The position numbers and the translations under genes are program-made. This document shows, piece after piece, positions 59,088 through 64,000 of a stretch of DNA of 64,000 nt. The notes under the pieces are model-generated. The model had not been told where the DNA came from and did not search any database. It saw only the letters and a program-made list of their open reading frames with translations. The DNA lies in contig CAXXHG010000039.1 of the NCBI GenBank assembly GCA_963666315.2, positions 1 through 64,000 on the forward strand, in the 5' to 3' direction. The DNA comes from Candidatus Binatia bacterium. Its GTDB lineage: Bacteria > Desulfobacterota > Binatia > Bin18. The number at the start of each line of letters is the position of its first letter. Position 1 is the first letter of the stretch.

Positions 59088-60308
59088 ATGGCGAAAAAAG
59101 GCGCGAAGCGCGATCCACGACTCACTCAAGGAGCAAAAGTCCTGGAAGAATGGGGGATTAGCCTCGCTGTCTTACAAGCCAACAAGACAGCCGTTGCAAG
59201 CCTGAATGAGCGGATAGGCGAGAATGCTGATGCCGATCTGGCGTTAGCCGCATTGCTTGGCGACCTCCAGACTGCTGAGTCAGCCCAGTTTCTAGTGAGT
59301 TGGGAAGAGAATGCCAGTGACAAGCGGCTCCGGAAAGAAATCAGTCGTTCCCTCTATAGACTCTCCCAAAAAGGCATCCAGGCTGACCGCCCAGAAAAGG
59401 CAGCACCGCGCTCAGTCCTCACTCCGGTTGAACCCGAGGGCTATATCTCACCACTGGACGGACGGGGTGACCGTTTAGTCTGGCTCGTCAAATCGCGCAT
59501 TGGTAGTGGGCTACATTTCCTATCTTCGCTTATCAACGAACCCGAAGGCATGCGCTATATTGACGGCACTGAAGTCACACGGAAAATGCTGCGTCATGCG
59601 CGCCAGGACCTCAGTGACACGCATCAGATTACGATGGTCGAAGCGCCGTGGCAGTACTGTGACTTCCTCATGCACGAGGGGTATGAACGGGCTCAGGCGC
59701 AGGGCAAAAAAGAAGTTGAGTCCTATCCGGCTGCCCGGTCACATCTCCTGGGTGAGCCCACAGAATCGCAGGAAGTTCCGCTGCCGGCTAATCTGGACCG
59801 GGAGACCATTGCCGCAGACGAAAATTTGTTAGTAACGTCTCTTGAGCTGTTTGAAGAAAAAGAACTCCAGCGCTGGCTGTTTGACGCGCAACAAGCCCAA
59901 CCCTATGTCGAAAAGATCACCAGCGCCCAGGAGAGTCCGCTCGTCCTTAACCCGCAACAACAACACGACCGTGTCGAAGACGTTATCAAGGAGGCTGTTG
60001 TCGAAACCTTCTCGGGCGAAAAAGGTCAGACTTATGCCCGGCGTTTAGAAGAGACTGCGCTATATCTCTGTGCGACTGATCGGCTTGAAGCCGCGAAACG
60101 AGCCTTGGCGGTTGCTCTTGCGCTCCAAAAAGAAGGGTCGAACGGAAGCCAGATTCCCTTTTGTGAGGGTCTGGTGCAGCGGAGTATCAGTATGCACTAC
60201 GCGGAAGAAAAACAACAAGAGCAAGAGGAGGCGAAAGGCTCCTTGATTATGAAGCCGTCGGAATTCGCCGCGCGTGTACAGCAGTCGCAGCGGCAGCGCC
60301 GAGTCTAA
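59088..60308 (+). CDS. Conserved hypothetical protein (alpha-helical)
   Basis: 406-aa ORF with GGAGG RBS and TTGACA-N18-TAAGGT upstream. Confidence 0.8.
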   Translation: MAKKGAKRDPRLTQGAKVLEEWGISLAVLQANKTAVASLNERIGENADADLALAALLGDLQTAESAQFLVSWEENASDKRLRKEISRSLYRLSQKGIQADRPEKAAPRSVLTPVEPEGYISPLDGRGDRLVWLVKSRIGSGLHFLSSLINEPEGMRYIDGTEVTRKMLRHARQDLSDTHQITMVEAPWQYCDFLMHEGYERAQAQGKKEVESYPAARSHLLGEPTESQEVPLPANLDRETIAADENLLVTSLELFEEKELQRWLFDAQQAQPYVEKITSAQESPLVLNPQQQHDRVEDVIKEAVVETFSGEKGQTYARRLEETALYLCATDRLEAAKRALAVALALQKEGSNGSQIPFCEGLVQRSISMHYAEEKQQEQEEAKGSLIMKPSEFAARVQQSQRQRRV

Positions 60309-60328
60309 CCTGTTATGCTCCTTGCATC

Positions 60329-60598
60329 ATGCCTCAACCATCACCAGACCAAATCACCCCCTTCCCTTTTTTAAACTCCGGGACCATTCTGTCCTGCCCG
60401 TCGTGTGGCATGGGTCTCTACCTGCTGACCAAGAAAGTGACTCGGGACGGAACTTTTGAGGGGGCGGTAAAGGCGATGGCCGGTGTGCCGGAATACACAC
60501 GTGACGCCATGCCCAAGAACTGCCCTTTGTGTCACACCGGCGAATGGTGGTATCCGCCTGGAACGATCCACACCTTCCAGCACGGCTGGGTTGCATAG
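60329..60598 (+). CDS. Small Cys-rich hypothetical protein (CPSC...CPLC)
   Basis: Two CxxC pairs; co-oriented with the upstream gene. Confidence 0.6.
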   Translation: MPQPSPDQITPFPFLNSGTILSCPSCGMGLYLLTKKVTRDGTFEGAVKAMAGVPEYTRDAMPKNCPLCHTGEWWYPPGTIHTFQHGWVA

Positions 60599-60671
60599 TA
60601 CACTGCGGCGGAAGTTCCTCCTCAGTTATCCGAAAGGAAGCCCTCGCAGCCTGTCCTACCCGTCTTCCCCT

Positions 60672-60740
60672 GTCATTCCCAACTTGATTGGGAATCCAGT
60701 GCCGTGCCGGGGGATGGATTCCTGCCTGCGCAGGAATGGC
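60672..60740. repeat. GTCATTCCC...GGGAATCCA-type palindromic interspersed repeat
   Basis: GTCATTCCCAACTTGATTGGGAATCCA ... TGGATTCCTGCCTGCGCAGGAATGGC: two inverted hairpins. Confidence 0.8.
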
Positions 60741-60879
60741 AGCAATCGGAACTGGCGGGAAACTTCTGCCAACCAGTACTCGCGCGCTCTGTCCCCGCTT
60801 TGTTTTGAGTTGACAATGCTTTGTGAGGGCTATACGTGGAGGGCTGTAATAATTTCGACAACAAAAATGGAGGTGCAGT

Positions 60880-61764
60880 ATGGCGAGTCCGCAATTACAG
60901 CAAGTGATCGACATGTTCAAACAGATGGGGCAGGCGATGGCCGAGGCAAAAGATATGAACGCCATGCGCGCTGTCATGATCGAAGCGCAAGCTCCTGCTG
61001 GCGTGACGTGTACCCCAGTTGAAGCTGGCGGTGTATCTGCTGAGTGGAGCGTCGCCGACGGCTCGGCCGAAGACAAGGTCATCCTGTACCTGCACGGCGG
61101 TGGCTATGTTATGGGTTCTGCCGGTTCGCATCGTGATGTGACGGGCCGCTTGTCCAAGGCATCAGGCGCACGCGTTTTGTCGCTCAATTACCGCTTGGCA
61201 CCTGAGCATCCCTTTCCGGCGCCAGTTGATGATGCTGTGGGTGCCTATCGTTGGTTGCTGGCGCAGGATATTAGTCCGTCAGATATCGCGATTGCTGGAG
61301 ACTCCGCCGGCGGCGGACTGGCTTTTGCTACGCTCTTGGCCTTACGCGATGCCGGTGATCCTCTGCCGGCTGCCGGCGTGGGCATCTCGCCGTGGGTTGA
61401 TATGGAAGGCACAGGAGAGTCGATGACGACACGCGCTGCCGTCGATCCTGTGGTCCAGAAGGAAGGCCTGCTTGAGATGGCCAAACTATACCTGGGTGAT
61501 ACCGAGCCAAAAAATCCGCTCGCTGCACCTTTACATGCCAACCTTGCTGGTCTGCCGCCACTCTTGATTCAGGTTGGTGATGCGGAGACGCTGCTTGACG
61601 ACGCCACTCGGATTACTGAACGGGCCCGCAAAGCAGGTGTGGATGTGACGCTGAAAATCTGGGATGAGATGCCCCATGTTTGGCATCTGTTCGCACCGAT
61701 TCTTCCTGAAGGCCAGCAGGCTATTGAAGAGATTGGCACGTTTTTCAAAGAACGCACGGCGTAG
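60880..61764 (+). CDS. Alpha/beta hydrolase, HSL-family esterase
   Basis: HGGG oxyanion motif, GDSAGG nucleophile, E.LLDD, HVW. Confidence 0.95.
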   Translation: MASPQLQQVIDMFKQMGQAMAEAKDMNAMRAVMIEAQAPAGVTCTPVEAGGVSAEWSVADGSAEDKVILYLHGGGYVMGSAGSHRDVTGRLSKASGARVLSLNYRLAPEHPFPAPVDDAVGAYRWLLAQDISPSDIAIAGDSAGGGLAFATLLALRDAGDPLPAAGVGISPWVDMEGTGESMTTRAAVDPVVQKEGLLEMAKLYLGDTEPKNPLAAPLHANLAGLPPLLIQVGDAETLLDDATRITERARKAGVDVTLKIWDEMPHVWHLFAPILPEGQQAIEEIGTFFKERTA

Positions 61765-61788
61765 AGATAATCCAGGCAGCAACGTTAT

Positions 61789-61816
61789 AGGGCAGCCCCA
61801 TGGGGCTGCCCTTTTT
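61789..61816 (+). terminator. Intrinsic terminator / REP-like hairpin
   Basis: AGGGCAGCCCCATGGGGCTGCCCT perfect palindrome followed by TTTT. Confidence 0.7.
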
Positions 61817-61830
61817 GTACAAGCCGCATT

Positions 61831-62904
61831 ATGGCCCAAAAACTACACCTCAGCATCGCTGACCAGTCACCCGTGCGCGAAGGCGGGACGGCTGCCCAAG
61901 CACTGCAAGAGACGGTTGCTCTTGCTGAGGCGGCTGAGGCACTTGGGTATCAACGTTTCTGGGTGGCCGAGCATCACAACTTACCCGGATTCGCAGGAAC
62001 GAGTCCTGAGATTCTTGTCGGCCAGATTGCTGCCCGCACCAAGACTATCCGAGTCGGCAGTGGTGGTGTGATGCTGTCCCATTACAGCGCGCTGAAAGTA
62101 GCTGAGACCTTTCGAGTCCTGGAGTCCTTTTATCCAGGTCGGATTGATCTCGGACTCGGCCGCGCGCCGGGCAGCGATCAGCGGACGGCCGCCGCGCTAT
62201 CGTATCCGGGCCAGCCGCGCGATATCCGCTATTATCCCGAGCAGGTTGATGATTTGATTACGTATCTCGCCGATGATCTCCCCCCGGATCATCGTTTTGC
62301 GGATGTTCATGCCGGGCCAACCGCCGGGACAATGCCGGAAGTGTGGTTGCTTGGCTCAGGCATAGATTCTGCGCATATTGCCGCAGAACGTGGCTTGCCG
62401 TTTAGCTACGCCTATTTTTTTGGTGTTGGCGTTCAGCACGGGCCGCCCATTGTTGAAAGCTACCGCCAGCATTTTCGTCCATCAGAGTTTCTGACTGAGC
62501 CCAAAGTCAACGTCGCCATTCAGGTTCTCTGTGCAGAGACCGAAGAAGAAGCCCGGCACCTGGCCGCCAGCCGAAACCTGGTTCGACTGAATATTGTCCG
62601 CGGTCGCCGCCGAGGTGTCCCAACGCCTGAAGAGGCGCTTGCCTACCCGTACAGCCACGACGAGCTGGCCTATCTTGAACAGTATCTACGCACGAATGTT
62701 GACGGAGATCCGCAACAGGTCAAAGAAAAGCTCGAACGCCTGGCCGAAGTGTTTCAGACCAACGACCTGGGTATTGTTACGATCTGCTATGACTTTGCCA
62801 AGCGAATACGGTCGTGTGAACTCGTGGCAGAAGCATGTGGGTTGGTTGCACCAAAGCCCGAACGGATTGACCCTATACCCGCCTCTCTCACACAACGTAG
62901 CTGA
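61831..62904 (+). CDS. LLM-class luciferase-like monooxygenase
   Basis: RFWVAEHH, IRVGSGGVML.HYSALKVAE.F, GRIDLGLGRAPG, WLLGSG. Confidence 0.92.
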   Translation: MAQKLHLSIADQSPVREGGTAAQALQETVALAEAAEALGYQRFWVAEHHNLPGFAGTSPEILVGQIAARTKTIRVGSGGVMLSHYSALKVAETFRVLESFYPGRIDLGLGRAPGSDQRTAAALSYPGQPRDIRYYPEQVDDLITYLADDLPPDHRFADVHAGPTAGTMPEVWLLGSGIDSAHIAAERGLPFSYAYFFGVGVQHGPPIVESYRQHFRPSEFLTEPKVNVAIQVLCAETEEEARHLAASRNLVRLNIVRGRRRGVPTPEEALAYPYSHDELAYLEQYLRTNVDGDPQQVKEKLERLAEVFQTNDLGIVTICYDFAKRIRSCELVAEACGLVAPKPERIDPIPASLTQRS

Positions 62905-63133
62905 TCCGCATAGTCTGACAGCTCTCCGCCTCTTTCCTCTCGCCGAGAGCAGTCTCTTGCCCAGTATGATAATATAACTCCTTTTTGTATATTCGATAAG
63001 ATTCTGATATAAAAGCATTTTATCGAATTTAGAGATAATAACTCCCCTCTCAAGTTCTCCCCGTCTGGGAGGTAAATGGGATCTATTAAGAGCTCCCTGA
63101 ATCATATCCGTAATAATGATATAAGATAGAAAT

Positions 63134-63646
63134 ATGGAGAGGAAAGAAAGTAAGAAGCCGGGGACGAAGGGGCCGAAAAAGAAGACGGCTCAGCCAAAAA
63201 CGGCCCAACGCGCGACGGGAAAGAAAGCAGTAGTAAAAAAGAAGACGGCGCCGAAGAAGACGGCGCCGAAGCGGACGGCAGCGCCTCAGGCGACGGCGAA
63301 GAAGACCAAGCGGGCGATCCCTACACGAGAGATGACCTCCCGGGAATGGCTAGAGGCCTTCTCTTTTAGCCTTTTTGTTAGTCAACTCCAGGATTTTTTT
63401 AAATGGTGTTGGGAAAATATTTATAAAGAAAAAACCCGAGACCTTGTTGTCGGGCTCTTTCGTACGATATTTTTCCCCTTCGAGTCCATGCCTGTACATG
63501 AACCCCTTCCGATCTGGCGCCAGCGGCAAGTGTTGGGTTTTTTGAAAAGCCTGACAAGCCCAAATGCTGCAGCATTAGAAAAAATTATCAAACAATGGGC
63601 GCGAGAGACTAACCGGGATCTCGACCTGCTCGGCGGTGGTGGGTAG
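63134..63646 (+). CDS. Hypothetical protein with histone-H1-like Lys/Ala/Pro-rich N-terminus
   Basis: KKTAQPKTA...KKKTAPKKTAPKRTAA repeats followed by an unrelated helical segment. Confidence 0.6.
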   Translation: MERKESKKPGTKGPKKKTAQPKTAQRATGKKAVVKKKTAPKKTAPKRTAAPQATAKKTKRAIPTREMTSREWLEAFSFSLFVSQLQDFFKWCWENIYKEKTRDLVVGLFRTIFFPFESMPVHEPLPIWRQRQVLGFLKSLTSPNAAALEKIIKQWARETNRDLDLLGGGG

Positions 63647-63723
63647 CGACAGTGTGATAGCCTGCCTCAGGTTCGCAGGGGGCAAAGGCCGTGTGCAACA
63701 AATTCAGCGAGAAATATGAAAAA

Positions 63724-63748
63724 AGGGGCACAGCATGCTGCACCCCTA
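63724..63748. repeat. GTAG-family REP (reverse orientation)
   Basis: GGGGCACAGCATGCTGCACCCCTAC between convergent genes. Confidence 0.7.
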
Positions 63749-63764
63749 CTCAGACGCCTGGACT

Positions 63765-64000
63765 CTATTCCCGTCCCTGCGTTTCGGCAAAGACGTATTG
63801 TCCCTCACGTTTTTCTATCCACTGTCCGCGGCCGGTGGTTTGGCCATCGGTGTCAAGCTGAGTACGGATGATTTCCAGCTCTTCCTCAGTCGGCGGATCA
63901 AGCGTCTCGATCTTGGCTGCGAGCTTAGGCGTAAAGGACATTTCTTCGAGAACCATATCTACCGTAACAAACGGGGAGATGGCCATGAGCATGAGTTCAC
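63765..64000 (-). CDS. C-terminus of a CoA-transferase beta subunit (glutaconate CoA-transferase-like), partial
   Basis: M.L.AISPFVTVD.V.E.M.F...PPTEEELEIIR..LD. Confidence 0.65.
   Translation of the reverse strand, partial: ELMLMAISPFVTVDMVLEEMSFTPKLAAKIETLDPPTEEELEIIRTQLDTDGQTTGRGQWIEKREGQYVFAETQGRE

Overview
A GC-rich bacterial chromosomal segment of mostly housekeeping and catabolic genes. The gene repertoire suggests a Deltaproteobacteria-like or Candidatus Binatia-like organism, but that is inference only. Core content: 3' end of soxC plus soxD, an MMPL/RND transporter with a cNMP-binding domain, recN, pdhAB, gloB, ald, folD, gcvT, uvrA, iscSUA-hscBA-iscX, sppA, korAB, pepA, a family-5 UDG, a NorQ/CbbQ ATPase, three luciferase-like monooxygenases, a thiolase/DUF35 pair and an MlrC/M81 peptidase. 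I see no rRNA, tRNA, CRISPR array or intact transposase. Best candidate for an undescribed system: a Tat-signal, HEAT-like + DUF3179 protein that the ORF track splits at an in-frame UGA in a Y-U-T-L-C motif (probable selenoprotein), next to a secreted VPGCxxC thioredoxin/MsrA-like fusion. Other notable points: an ArsR-ArsR-SRPBCC triple fusion joined by an AT-rich palindrome and a 5x Shine-Dalgarno-like repeat; a UvrA lacking its insertion domain; a 71-bp GTAG REPIN-like element whose ends supply stop codons to flanking genes; remnants of a group IIC intron, a DGR-type four-helix-bundle gene and a RelE toxin; and heavy gene decay (gcvH, gcvP, kynA and others). All calls come from reading the sequence and recalling motifs; no searches were run.
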